DNA of 63,227 nt, from NCBI RefSeq assembly GCF_001194135.2, contig NC_068996.1, positions 34,695,347 to 34,758,573 of the forward strand, given 5' to 3'. Source of the DNA: Octopus bimaculoides. Taxonomy: Eukaryota. The translations under genes were made by a program, and so were the position numbers. This document shows positions 37,532 to 51,813 of this stretch, piece by piece; the first letter of the stretch is position 1; each line of letters opens with the position of its first letter. Under the pieces are notes generated by a model. That model saw only the letters and a list, made by a program, of their open reading frames with translations. It did no database searches and was not told the DNA's origin.

Positions 37532-40500
37532 CGTTTGGCAATGTGATTATGAAGTTTGTTTCCCAAGCAAGGTCTCAGATTCAATTACACTGTGTGACAG
37601 CTTGGTTAAGGGTCTTCAACTATGGCCCCAGGCAACCAAAGCTTTGTCAGTGGAGCTTGCTTACCAACCACATGGTCCCGGGTTCAGTCCCACTGCTTGG
37701 CATCTTGGGCATCTTTGTCAGTGGATTTGGTAGACAGAAACTGAAAGAAGCCCGTCGTATATATGTATATATATATGTATGTGTTTGTCCCCCCAACATC
37801 GCTTGACAACCGATGCTGGTGTGTTTATGTCCCCGTAACTTAGCGGTTCGGCAAAAGAGACCAATAGAATAAGTACTAGGCTTCTAAAGAATAAGTCCTG
37901 GGGTCGATTTGCTCGACTAAAGGCGGTGCTCCAGCATGGCCACAGTCAAAAGACTGAAACAAGTAAAAGAGTATATGTTAATATGTGTTAGTGCCTTTGT
38001 CCTAATAGCATATGTTTGTAAACATACGTTGCCATCAAACAAGTTATGTTTTTTATTTCCTGTGAATAATTCAATGTGCATTTTTATTTATTGATTGACC
38101 AAAAAACTGTAGTGATAGTTGTATGTAGTAGTGAAGGCTCATGGCCTGGTGGTTAGGGTGTTGCACTCGTCATTGTGAAGTCATAGTTTTGATTCCCCAA
38201 TTGTTTGTGCATTGTATTCTTGGACAAAGCACTTCATTTTACATTGTCCCTGTCCATTCAAGACAGGAACAATATTTACATAGGTCACCTTGTGATGTAT
38301 TGGTATACAAGTGTAAGATGGTATCTCAGGAAAATCACTCAAATGTAGGTCTTGCAATCCATGTTTTGCATTCTGCAACCAACAGGATGAAAAGTACAGC
38401 CTGTACTATGAATCTCAGTTGGTTGGGACTTATTGTTCAACCATGTTGGAGTATAATGATGATGATAAATTGACATGTAATACTCTGGATAGCCTTTTAG
38501 TACATCCCATGCAAAGGGCTGTCAGGCCTTCAGTCTGAAGTAAGATTGAAGGACCTATATAAAAAAACATAACATCTATAAATTTTTATTTTTATCTTTT
38601 ATCATTAGACTGCAGCCATGCTGGGACACAACCTTGAAGAATTGTAGTCAAATGAATCGACCCGAGTACTTATTTTTATAAGCTTGGTACTTTGTTAGTC
38701 GCTTGCCTAACTGTTAAGTTAAACACACCAACATTGGTTGTTGAGCAGTGGTAGGAGACAAACGCACTCATATAAGTATATGATGGGATTCTTTCAGTTT
38801 TTGTCAAGAAATTTTAATGGAATTCAGATCACTTTAACCCTTTTGTTACCATATTTCTGTTGAAATACACTGTGTTTGCTTCAATTAATTTTTTAAATAA
38901 TGAAGAATTTAGTCAAATAAATTTACCATTATTAACCCTTTAGCATTTAAACCAGCTAAATATGGCCAAAATATTCTACCAGTTTTATGTTCAAACCAGT
39001 TAGATTGGGTCTTTCACATCTACCTTACAATGTCATTCTAAAAACATACAATCATATTATCACTGTTGAAGATTCAAGATGATGCCTGATTAATTCAAAA
39101 CAATGTCAATAAATAAGAATTATAACACAATTTAATCGGAATACTATAGGATTAAGCAGGTATTTGGAATATAAATATAACATGAAATTTTGATGGAAGG
39201 TCTTAATTTAGATCGTTTTAAAACAGGAAGCTTGTATCATAGAACCAGAGGTGGTTTCAGGTGTGTGGGTATGAAAAAGGTTAGATATAATTCTCTACCT
39301 GATATCCAGCTTGTATGTTTTCTTTACTTCTACTTCCGTTGTTCTATTCAGTTTGCATTTTGCTGGTTGAGAGAACAAAAGGTTTTATTTTATGGGATGG
39401 ACTGAATTTGCACCAAAGGCTAGTGGTCCAAAGAAGCACAGAAACACTCCTGAGGTTAGGCTGACTCCAAATACACTCAACCAGAAGCTGAGTCTTAAAA
39501 ACTTGAAATCCATATAGTCACAAAAACAGAAATTCAGATTTATTATAAATTTCAAATACTTGAGAGCAGCAACATTTTGCATATTTGCTCTGGTTGTAGT
39601 CTATGTAAATAATCACTTAGTGGTATGTGTGTGTGTTATGTTTCAGATTAGTCATTTTTTTTTTTTTTTGCCAAATAAACACATTCTTCACTCGTTTATT
39701 AATGTTCTTATTTTATCTTATGTCTATTGTCTGGAAATATTTTGTCATGCCTCTGTGACCTCTTCAACAACTCTTCCATCCACATGTATTCTCCTGTTCT
39801 GTTCAGTCTGTTCTGTCTTTCTATGATATGTATCCTTATCTGCACATGCATTTGTGTCTGTATCTGTATGTGTGTATGCTTTGTCTATCTGTTTTGTATG
39901 TGTATTTGTGTGTGTATATATGGGTTTGCTTACTATAGTGTTTGTATCTGTACCCTTTGTATAGTTGCTACTGTTATTGTCATTGTTCTTGGTGCTACCA
40001 ATATTTTGTATGTTGATCCACCCCTCACCTACATTTTCTCTTCTGTTACTGCTGCTGTTGTTCTCAACCCTTATTTTGATGTTGTTCTTGTATCTTTCTG
40101 TGTTTGTGTGTTCCTTCACATTGTTGCCATTATGGTTGTTGTTGTTATTGTCATTCATGTTGTTCCAGCCATTTGTGAAGTTTCTGTATGCGTGTATATG
40201 GGTTTACTTACTATATTGTTTGTATCTGAGTCTTTTTCTTTTCCCTTCTACCTTTAGTTGTCATGTTGTATGGTGTGGTGATGGTGGGTGTTATTGTTCC
40301 ATTTGTGTTTGCTGTCGAGGCTTGGCCTATCTATTACTATGTGTTGCCTCTGTGATCTGTCTAAGTATTATGTCTGTTCTATGCGTTGATAATACCTTAA
40401 TCTCTATGTTATTAACCAAGCCTCTATGTTCTACTTGAGCATGTTGAGCTCCTGCCAGTGTTCACCTGCTCGTCTATGTTACGTACTGTCTCCCCAATAT

Positions 40501-41479
40501 ATGTTGCTATTTTGTTTCTGCACTGCCCCTCAGTACACTGTAAGCTATAGACTATATTCCTAATGAAATTAAGTTATATCAGTTATTTTGTTTGTTTAAG
40601 ACATCTCCTTTGATTTTTCACTACACTGGTATGGCATGGAACCTGTTTCTCTTGGATTACATTAGAGCTATTATCTTATCATATATTCAGCTATATATGT
40701 GTACTACTACCCACTTTTTTTATTGAGGCTTATATATTCCAATATTAGACTATTTTCTTTAGCCAATACATGGCAGTCGCTGATAAGCTTTATGCTTATA
40801 ATTATTATTACTATTTACTGAATTCTTTCATCACTGCTTCTTCATTTAACACAGAATATATATATATATATATATATATATGACATCATCATCATCATCA
40901 TTTAACATCTTCCCATGCATAGCTTGAATGGTTTGACAGGAGCCAGCATGCTCTACACCAAGCTCTGTCTGTTTCGGCATGGTTATATGGCTGGATGCCC
41001 CTCCTAAGTTTGTACATTCCTTCCCTTGCACACACATATCCTAAGCTGTAAGGCATTCTGCATGTATAACCATTCCAATAGGATTACTCTGGAAAATGGA
41101 AATAACAGGTGGTAGCTGACAACAAGAAGCACAGGAGCTTTTAAGAGTGCATTATGAGGTATTTGCCCCAAACAAATTAAAATAATGTGTATGTATGGAT
41201 GTATATATGTATGTCCTTTTCAGTTTTATTTCAAGATTTCTTGTCAGAAAGAGCCAGTTTCTAACCTAGGTCCAAGGCTCCTTCATTGGAATTTCAACAT
41301 CAACAACAGAGTATTTTAATATGTATGTATGTACGTACGCATGTATGTGTGTGTGTGTGCATGCAGATTTGTATGTTTTGTTTTATGTATGTATTCTGAT
41401 GCATATATTTGCATATCTAGACATGCTCATATATACTCAAATGATAAACTTCTGGAAAGTTTTACAGTTTCAGTGATGG

Positions 41480-41885
41480 ATTGGATCTATTGTCTTTGAA
41501 TCAGCTTTCTCCTTTCTGGTTTTGAGAAGCCTAATTTCTCAAGATTGGTATTTGAGCAGTGTGTTACATATCCCAGTGCCCCAATAATCACAGGTATAAA
41601 TCTGAACTTGTACTCTAGATAGTGTAACTGCAGTTTTCTCAATAGTTCAGCATAGGTGTTCTCTTTTCCACTGATCTTCAGCTTTATGTTAACATCTGCT
41701 GGGCAGCTGATTTCCACAACCATGCACAGTTTCTCTTCTCTATCCCAAATCATTATTTCAGGTCTGTTGTGCTTACATTTTATTGAGGTTTTCACTGGGA
41801 CATTCCACCAGTACTCCTTTTTATTATGAGTAGCTATGGCTTCAGTCATACAGTCAGTTCTTATTTCTTTTTTTCTCATTTCCTA
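41480..41885 (-). mobile_element. R4/Dong-type non-LTR retrotransposon, restriction-like endonuclease region
   Basis: HNRPEIMIWD...CMVVEISCPAD.N..K...KENTY..L...IPVIIGALG follows the PD-(D/E)xK RLE pattern. Confidence 0.75.
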
Positions 41886-42632
41886 TTTCTTTTTCAATGG
41901 ATCTCATTATAGTGTCCTAGTTACAACATCATGTCTCATTGGTGTATGTATGTATGTATGTATGAAAGGAATTTGCAAATGCATTGCAGACTACCTGTTT
42001 TTATGCTGACAGTAACTCTAATAATTGAGGAAGCTATTTAGTCCTTGAGCCAATACCCTGAGACTATTTTGTGTGTACAGAATGACATACACCACAAACA
42101 AGTAACTGGGTAACCTGATCAATGAAAAACAGATGTGAATTAATGATAAACAATCTCTTGTGTTGTATTATTAAAACAAAAATAACACTTTATTTTAATG
42201 TCATCATAAGATATGCAATTTATACATGGAACAGCTCTTATTTCCTTATTTGTTTCTTAACATTTTTTTTCTTTCAATGTCATTGTGTGTGATTTATTAT
42301 CTTTCTTCTTTATATATGAATTTTGCATTTGTTTATTTAAACAGGAAAACTTAATTATTTTGTTAATGGAAAATAATTATAGAATGATGAAGGCTGTTCG
42401 ATTTAATTATAAAATGCAATATGAGAGTCATATTATATTACTGAAGTTAATTCAAAATACAATGATCAGTGTTGTCTAATTGACAAACATTTCCTTCAAT
42501 CCCATTATTTTTGTTTCACAAAACTAAAAGATGGTAATATTCACCATTAAAAAATACTATTTCTCAATTCCAGAAACAAAATTAGCCATATTGTATGGTA
42601 TAAAACTATTTATGAATAAGTTGTGTGTGTAT

Positions 42633-42669
<37 letters not shown>

Positions 42670-42674
42670 CTATA

Positions 42675-43152
42675 CAGTGATCACTTGCCATATCTCGATT
42701 CACCTATTGTGCTCTCAGTACATTACAAATTTTTCTGGCTAATATATGTAAATTTATATCATGGTCTACTCAGTATATACTGGGTTTCTGCAGCCAATAG
42801 GCATTTATATTTTTTTAGATTTTAATTATTTTTGTGGTAAAATAAGCATTTTTATGCCTAAAAATAGAAATATAGTATAGTACTGCACTGTATAACACAT
42901 TAATTAAAATATATTAAAAGAAAATATGTAGTGTACCATAAATGAGTAAACAAAGAATCGCACATACTGCATGGAAAATGAAAGTCGGGAGGTGAGTGCG
43001 GTGTTGTTTTGCATTTATAATAAAATAGATATATACAAATTATAAAAATAATGAAAAATCATATACAGTACAGTACTGTTTCTACTTCATAGATTTTCAC
43101 CTATTGTGGGGGGTTTTGGAACATAACACCTGCGATAGTCAAGAGATTACTG
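42675..43152. mobile_element. Tigger/pogo-like MITE
   Basis: TA-cagtgatcacttgccatatc ... gatagtcaagagattactg-TA. Confidence 0.65.
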
Positions 43153-43658
43153 TAAATTAGTCAAGGAATTACTGTAAATGGCAATTTCTGTTTGTCTGTT
43201 ACCATCTTACTACCTAAACCAGCAAACCAGTCTTCATGAAACTTTGCATACATGTTGAACTAACATCCATTTCCATAATAGGCAAATTGGATTTAAATAT
43301 GAATCTATAATGTGCCCCCTAGTGGGTGGGCAAATTATATGATAAAATGAGAAGGGTGCAAAAAGATTAGTCTGAGGGAAATGTAGTAGCAGAAGTGATT
43401 GTGACTGATATCAGGGAAGGGGAACACAGCATTGTGTAAGCGACAAATATGGAGTAGCAATGAGATGATAACATTAATACTGCATACATACTTTTGTAAA
43501 TACACACACACACACACACACACACACATGCACATACGTAACTTTTAAAATGCTGAGGAAAGGTGGATGTAAGGAATTCGTAGCTTTAAGAGAGTGGATA
43601 GGTGGTTTTTCTACTGTCCACCACAAAAACACTCACATACACACACACACGCATACAC

Positions 43659-43707
<49 letters not shown>

Positions 43708-44649
43708 TTCGTACATACATACATACATCTACTATACACCATTTTAAACTCGTGATTGCCTTGTGTACATTTGTAAATGTGTGTGTGTGCATGTATCACA
43801 TCCTATAACAGTCTTCCTCTCTACTTTTGTAGGGTCTTCCCTGTTGCTGTTACATATTGTAAGATTTTAAAATTACGTCAAATTTTCCAAATTTGGTATA
43901 TTGAAATAATTTTCCATGTTAAATCCAATTTTGTTATTTATTTGTTCCAGAAAATTGCAGAAAAATGTTACTGGAGTTTAAAGTTTAATCAAAAAACAGA
44001 AAAAAGGATATGGAAGCTGGCATTTTCTTCTAGCTGTCTATCACAAAATGAAAGTAAAATCATTTGGAGGAGGAATTTTTATTAAACAAATGACAGCAAA
44101 GCATTACAACAACCAAAGTTATATGAACTTCTGAAGTTTTAATAAGTTTTAATGAATAAAGTCATATGAAACAGTCAAATAGACATGTAAATAATTTAAA
44201 AAGGAAAAAATCTTCAATGAAGTTTTTTGTGAAAAATTGCACACATCTCTCCTGATCAAGAGGGAAGGCATGGTCTGACATGGAATAAAACAAAAATTTA
44301 TATAAGACATTCTATTGTAAAAATTGCCCGACAATGATAGGCAATACAGCTAGTGTTTTAAATAGACATGACTCCAAGAACAATAACATTACAAAAATGA
44401 GTAAGAACACCATACCTATGTAATCCTAATGTCTTTTTAGCTTTTTTCTTATTTTCAGCTACCGACGAGTACTTTTTGACAACTCAGATTCTTAAAATGA
44501 ATTTATTGTCTTTCTGTATGAAACGATTGTATAGCTACATGAATAAAAATTATCATCCATATTAATATCTAATCTCCTTCACTTAGGTAAAATATGATTG
44601 AATTTGTTGAACTTTGTTTAATATGTTAAATTATATACTTAATATACCT

Positions 44650-44738
<89 letters not shown>

Positions 44739-44774
44739 CTGAATAGCCTGTCGTTGTCAGGCAATTTTTACAAT

Positions 44775-45130
44775 AGAATGTCTTATATAATTGAACAAGG
44801 CCATCTACCTGAAGGGATTTGTGATTTGTCCGCCTTCTTACATATTAAGCCTTTGGTTTTTGCTTCGTTAGCTCTAAGCCCCTTCGATTCTTGACCTTGC
44901 TTCCACACCTGAAACTTCTTTTCTAGTTCCAGAAATGACTCAGCTATTAGAGCATAGTCATGAGCATAGAGGAGCTCCCAGGGGCAGCCTGTCTTGAATT
45001 CCTCTGTTATTGTCTGGAGGACTATGATGAACAAGAGGAAGCTGAGGACTGATCCTTGGTGAACCCCTACTTCTACCCTCACCTTACTGACAGCATCCCT
45101 GTACATGGCTTGTACAGCTCTCACCAACTA
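44775..45130 (-). mobile_element. RTE LINE reverse-transcriptase fragment
   Basis: VGVHQGSVLSFLLFIIVL...WELLYAHD(YADD-like)...KGLRANEAKTK. Confidence 0.8.
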
Positions 45131-45450
45131 CTCATCTATCCATAGTTTCCACATTTACCACCAGATCGGAAGACCCTGTCAAATATATATGTATATATAT
45201 ATATATGGCCGTTGCCAGTACCTCCTGACTGGCCTTCGTGTCGGTGGCACGTAAAAGCACCCACTACACTCTCTGAGTGGTTGGCGTTAGGAAGGTCATC
45301 CAGCTGTAGAAACTCTGCCAAATCAGATTGGAGCCTGGTGTAGCCATCTGGTTTCACCAGTCCTCAGTCAAATCGTCCAACCCATGCTAGCATGGAAAGC
45401 AGACGTTAAACAACGATGATGATGATAGATAGATAGATAGATATACATAC

Positions 45451-45486
<36 letters not shown>

Positions 45487-45583
45487 CCATGTATTGTTTT
45501 TAGAAAACATAAATCCAAAAGAAGAGACACACTAAGATTTAGAGCAGTATATATTAAAAATGGATAAGGCCAGTTTATAGGGC

Positions 45584-46055
45584 CTTGGTTAATTTTATTT
45601 GTATCACAATGAAAAAATGTAATGCATAAAAAATTTAAGATGTAAAGGAACTGAATCAACAAAAGAAATAAGCATAAAAGAATCCTACATATGTTTTAAT
45701 CTGGCCATTAGGTTTCGCTCATCACCAATCAAGCAATATTTGATGTAAAATAACTCCACATTATGTCTGGATATTTGATTCCTTTACATCTTAAATCTTT
45801 TGAAAACATGGTCTTCATCTTATTTTGTTGTTCACCACCAGAAAGTAAACATCACTCCCTGATGATATCTGGACATAATGTGGGATTATTTCACATCTAA
45901 CATCACTTGAATGGTGATGATCGAAACCTAATGGCCAGATTGAAACATATGTAGGATTCTTTTATGCTTATTTCTTTTGTTGATTCATTTCCTTTACATC
46001 TTAAATCCTTTATGCATTACTTTTTTTCATTGTGATACAAATAAAATTAACCAAG
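45584..46055. repeat. Foldback: about 190-bp inverted arms with about 90-bp spacer
   Basis: 45584-45774 is the near-perfect reverse complement of 45865-46055 (e.g. aaaagaaataagcataaaagaatcctacatatg / catatgtaggattcttttatgcttatttctttt). Confidence 0.9.
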
Positions 46056-46090
46056 TATCCACTATATTTCTTCTACGTTTTCTTTTATTA

Positions 46091-46131
<41 letters not shown>

Positions 46132-46139
46132 CTGGCCTT

Positions 46140-47200
46140 CCCCATACTGTGGTCACCATTAGGGGACCTGCTGATGTTGCTGCTGCTGCTAGGATCAGCC
46201 AGTACCTCAGCTTCATAGACGACTCAGTTGGTTTCACAGTGGATCCTCGCTGGGCATTTGTTACAGCCCTTGCATGAACATCCTGCCTCCGATCATGGTC
46301 TAGGGATGCTAACTAGCATGCTCTTAATACTAGGAGTACAGCTAAAAGAAACCTTAAGGTTGTACCTGTTGAAAATGTGTCCATATCTATGTGAACTAGT
46401 GAAATGTTTATCTATTAACTTAAGGTATATCCTACCTACAGACGTTTTTACGTTAAGAGAGAAAGCGGGGGAAAACCAAATGATATTTCTGTGGCACTTC
46501 CTTCTACAGATGTTGGGCCCTAAATCTGCTAGCAGCTAGGACCTTGTTATAGTAGGGGGCTGTTGCATCAAAAAGTTCTTGACTGGAGGAAAGATTTGTT
46601 ATCCTCTTACTAATACCCTTCACCGGGTTTTGAATACAATGGGTGGGTGACAGGAGGCTGTGTTGATGTATGTTAGCTTCTCATTTGGCTTGTGGTAGGG
46701 CCTGTTGTACTAGAGCCCAAGTCAAGCATGCTGTCTAAGAAGTCTGCAGTGGTGTGGTTGGTCTCGATGATGATTTTTAATTCCATGGAGGCAAGTATGC
46801 TAATTAGATCTTTGCTAAGCCTATTTAGTGTGTGGCCATTTGCTCCTGTGGAGATGGCCATGGTGTAATCCCTGTAGAGACCAAAGAGGACAAAAGAGAC
46901 CTTTTTCTTAAGGGTATCAAGGATATACAACCCAATGCGGTCGCAACCATCAGCATTGTTGTAGGTCCCCGTTACAAAATCAAAGGAGCCTTTAGGGTCA
47001 GATTGACCCAGGTTGGACCTTCATTGAACAACACTGTTTTCCTGGCATACATAACAATGTCTGTATCCTTGTTGCTAATGCCAGTGAAGCCCATAGCAAA
47101 GGAAGAACCTTGACCAGTAACCCTTTTGATATAGATGGGTAAAAATCAACTATCTTGAACAGGGAGAACCTTGCTTTGCCTCTCCCATTGTTGGTGTTAA
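46140..47200 (-). mobile_element. Penelope-like element fragment (RT, linker, Cys motif, start of GIY-YIG region)
   Basis: Minus strand: FKIVDFYPSISKGLL; GLYRD; DFLDSMLDL; FSLNVKTSVGRIYLKLIDKHF..IFNRYNLKVSFSCTP; CSCKGCNKCP..HC...VVYEAEV. Confidence 0.8.
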
Positions 47201-48100
47201 ACCATGCAGTCACCTCATAAGTCCAGGGGTCGATTTGTTCAAAATGGCTGCAGTTAAATGATGGAAACAAGTAAAAGAATAAAAGAATATATATTTACAC
47301 AAATATATGAGGGGGTGCTGAAAAGTTCCTGGCTTTGGCTAAAAGAAAATACATGTACATCAGTTAATTATGATTTTATTCATAATTGCAGCAGTCCTTC
47401 AGTTTTTTCTAAGCCCTAATGTGACCGGCTTCTTCCAGTTTACGTCTACCAAATCCACTCTCAAGGCTTTAGCCAGCCTGGGTCTCTAGCAGAAGAAACT
47501 TGCCTAAGATGCCATGCAGTGAAGCTGAAGCTTAAACCATGTGGTTGAGAAGTAAGAGAGGGAATATACATGTGCTGTAAATGTATGAAATGCAACTAAA
47601 GTATTAAATTCCACTCTCCATTCCTGTACCCAGTGTGGTTAGACAAAGGGCATCCAACCACAGACAAGCTAGTTTATGGAATACAAACCACACAAAAGTA
47701 TTTATAAGAAATACAGAAAATGTAATTGATATTTTAAGCTAATAAAGCATACACGTTTACTTAATTCAACTGACAAGATTACATAATCATTTGGCAAAAA
47801 TTGCAATCTTAATTGAATACATTGTCAGTGTTTATAGCAAAAAGCACAAAATCTACTGTTAAGCTTGCTCAGCATCATTGGCATGGTTGAACACAGGTTG
47901 ATAGGATGCTAAGTGGTAGTACAGAGTTAAAAGAAGACAGAAAGATTAGTAAATACGATAATATCTTTGCTTTGCTGATGAGGCCATAATAACCTTGAAA
48001 TATGTTTATAATTGTTTCTCATACTTACTGAAATAAAATATTAGCTATTGACCAACTGTTTATTAATCCTTATGAAACAAATATTTCTGACTGACATAAT

Positions 48101-48328
48101 TTAACTCTTTGACATTCAGATTACTCTGTCAAATGTAATGCTTATTTATTCCCATTGTTTTGATTTAGCCATACTTTGTCCTGTAACTTTGCGATTTCAA
48201 TGTTGTAATTGTTTATTTTTAGAATGATATTGTAATATAGGTGTAAAATGCCAAGCTTGGTCAGTTTGAACATAAGATAGACAGAACATTTGTACCAGAT
48301 ATGGCTGGTTTAAATGCTAAATGGTTAA
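48101..48328 (+). mobile_element. piggyBac-like MITE
   Basis: ttaactctttgacattcagattactctgtcaaatg ... aaatgctaaatggttaa. Confidence 0.7.
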
Positions 48329-50464
48329 CACAAAAACCATTACAAAACTAACATAGTTATCATTAAACAGTTTATACTTACTTAATTATAAACAACTAAT
48401 ACTTACTTAATAATAATTGAATGAAATGAAATTGGTAGTGGTTTGTCTTGGTAATAATTAGTTTCTAGAAGAGTTTGGTAAGCTCAGGTAACAACAAAGG
48501 AAGAATCTATCATCATCTGAATAGCCATTTCTTTATATGAAGGAGAAAGTGAAGGGGTTGATATAAAGAGGGGATAGGTTGCAAGAAGGGGAAAAAGTTA
48601 AAAATCACAAGGGATTTGAAATTGGAGGAAGTCAGCTAGACAGAAAAGGTGAGAGATTGTGACAGAGATAAGAGCAAAAACAAAACAAAACAAAAAACAA
48701 CAACAGAAAAAACAGATGGCAGCTATAATGAGAAAACAATGAACTTGTGCACCTGAAGCTGTATATTAAAATATATTTCAATAAAAGAGAAGGTATTCAT
48801 GGGAAAAATAAATGAAAAGATTTCTTTAGTAAAAAGAGAAGTGTAAGAAGAAAGAAAGGCCAAGTTAGAAGTCAAGACAAGTAGGAAGAAGTGTGGGAGA
48901 CAACAAGGAAGTGTAGAGGGAAAGTTGCATCTAGATATTAGACCAGCTGAAGAATATTCTATATAAAAGACGGTTGAAACTATTATTATTATTATTATTA
49001 GTAGTAGTAGTAGTAGTAGTAGTGGCAGTGCTGGTAGTGACAGTGGCAGTTGTCATGGTGGCAGCAGCAGCTGTAGTGGTATTAGGGATAGTGGTAGTGG
49101 TGGTGGTGGTATAGGCCACTCATTTAGAGACATCCTGCTTGTCAAGCCGACTCATACATTTGCATGAACATAAACAAAATGAGTGGGAATATACATGTTG
49201 ATATGGATGAATAAAACACACACACACACACACATATATATCTGTGTGTGTGTGTATGTATATATATATACGTATGCATGTATGTAAATATATACACACA
49301 TGTGCACACGCAAACACACACTCACTCTCTCTCTCTCACACACACACACTCACACACACACACAGAAAACAATAACGAACAACAATATAGCTAACTGAAA
49401 ATACCTGAGGTGAGGAGGTATTCTGTATATTAAATACACAAAAATAGCTATGTTTTACATATGAGGTGAAAAATCTTTCATTCACTGACATTATCCATGG
49501 AATAAGACACTCACTCGAGGAGCTGAACGTTAGGGCTCAATATTAAGGTTCACTCTCCCCTCCTGTATCCAGTATGGTTAGAGGAAGGGCATCCAACAAC
49601 AGACAAACTAACTTCAGCTACACAAGTTCATTGTTTCCTCATTATAGTTACCATCTGTTTTTGTTTTGTTTGTTTGTTTGTTTTGTTTGTTTTGTTTTTG
49701 CTCTTACCTTTGTCATGATCCCTCACCTCTTCTGTCTAACTGACTTCCTCCAATTCCAAACCCCTTCACCTGATTTTTAACTTTTTCGCCTTTTTGCAAC
49801 TTGTCTCCTCTTTACATCAACCCCTTTGCTTTCTCCCTCATATGATTAATTCAAAACAAAGTGAATAAATATGCATTACATTTGACAGAGTAAGAAGACG
49901 AAAACTCACTCAAGGAGTTTTTAAAATCTAAAAAAACAAAGGAATAAACAAGAAGGTAACTCCAACAAGACCAGCCGACTGAAATATTTCTAAAATATGA
50001 ATATTATAGCATAGGAGTGGATTTTGTCTATTATAAAGTCATCTGTGAAAGTAGCAGACATGTTACAGCCTTATTAAACCTCCTCAAGGACTGTGAATTG
50101 GAATGACAGATAAAATGCCTTGCAACATTTGTTCTAGACTTTTATATTTCTGAGTTTTAATCCTACCAAGGACAACTTTGCCTTTCATCCTTCCAGGTTC
50201 AATAAAACAAAGTACCAGTCACGTATGTAGATCAATGATATCAACTAAACCCCTCCCCTCAAAATTACTGGCCTTGAGAATTAGAAATAATTATGAAACC
50301 TCATGGGAAAATATATATATATTTGACACAATTGACAATGCCTAGAGTGATCAATATACATACATACACACATATGCATATATACATACATACATACATA
50401 CATACATACATACATACATACACACATACATACACACATGCATACATTTGTGCACATGCATGCA

Positions 50465-50499
<35 letters not shown>

Positions 50500-50705
50500 A
50501 CACTCAAAATATTCTTTTTCTTGTTTCAGTCATTGGGCTGTGGCCAAGAAGTTGAAACACAGCCTTGTAGAGTTAGTCAAACACATTGACCATGGTATCT
50601 ATTCTATTGGTCTCTTTTGCCAAACTGCTAATTTATAGGGAAGTAAACAAATCAACACAGTTTAACAAAGGTTGTTTGGTAGAAATAGAAACACAAATAC
50701 TCATG

Positions 50706-50745
<40 letters not shown>

Positions 50746-51189
50746 TGTATACAGGTATATATGTACATGAATTTATACATGTACTAGCAGAGATACCCGG
50801 CCTTGCTCGGGATTAAAATGGCATAGATTTTTATTGCTTTACTTGTTTCAGTCATGTGACTGCGGCTATGGTGGAGCACCGTCGTTGGTCGAAGAAATCA
50901 ACCACAGGATTTATTCTTTGTAAGCCTAGTATTCTTTCTGTCAGTGTCTTTTACCAGACCGCTAAGTTACAGGAATGTAAACACAGCAACATCAGCTGTC
51001 AAGGAATGGTGGGGGTACAAACACAAGACACAGGCACACACATACACAAATATGCACATATATACGAAAGTCTTCTTTCAGTTTCCGAGTACGAAATCCA
51101 CTCACAAGATTTTGGTCAGCCTGAGGCTATAGTAAGCATATATATATATATATATATATATATGCTTTTGTTGAGAATGGCTTTATTAT

Positions 51190-51545
51190 ACATTATTATA
51201 TTATTTACAATCCTGTAAATAATAATAATGATATTTTTAAAGCTTATGCCGTTCACCATGCAATGACTAACGAAAATAGTGTAATAAGGGAGCATATAAG
51301 CCCTCGACAGAAAAAAGAAGGCTTTCCCATCTGCATGGGACTTGAATCCACATCCCTTTGTTAACATGACTGTGTGTGTTACCTTCACACACGGATAGGA
51401 AAGCCTTGTTTTTTCTGTCGAGTGCTTATATGCCTCATTATTAGACTATTTTCCTTAGTCATTGCACGGTGAACGCCATAAGCTTTAACCTTATATAAAA
51501 AAATACCATTATTATTATTATCATTATTTACATGATTATAAAATA
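51190..51545. repeat. Foldback/MITE with about 150-bp inverted arms
   Basis: aagcttatgccgttcaccatgcaatgactaa...ctcgacagaaaaaa pairs with ttttttctgtcgag...ttagtcattgcacggtgaacgccataagctt. Confidence 0.8.
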
Positions 51546-51605
51546 CAGCATATATATAATTCGAAAACATGAACAGTTTCATAACATTGTTTACAAAATA
51601 ATAGC

Positions 51606-51813
51606 TGATCATTTGCGAAAGATTGTATGTACAGTGAACACTCAGGATTTTTGCTCTGGTAACTTCTGCTCTCTCCCATGTTCACGCACGACCAGCTATA
51701 TGAGAAATGGTCCATCTGATCATTTGTGAAGGATCATATGTACAGTGAACACTTAGGATTTTTGCTCTGGTAACTTCTGCTCTCTCCCATGTTCACGCAC
51801 GACCAGCTATATG
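51606..51813. repeat. 111-bp tandem duplication
   Basis: tgatcatttg...ccagctatatg starts at 51606 and again at 51717, nearly identical over the last about 70 bp. Confidence 0.9.

Noticed and set aside
47971-48015. CTGATGA-GG...CC-TT-GAAA hammerhead-like motif
   Set aside because: Stem II is only 2-3 bp and offset from GAAA, and I found no stem I or III pairing. At most a very decayed remnant.
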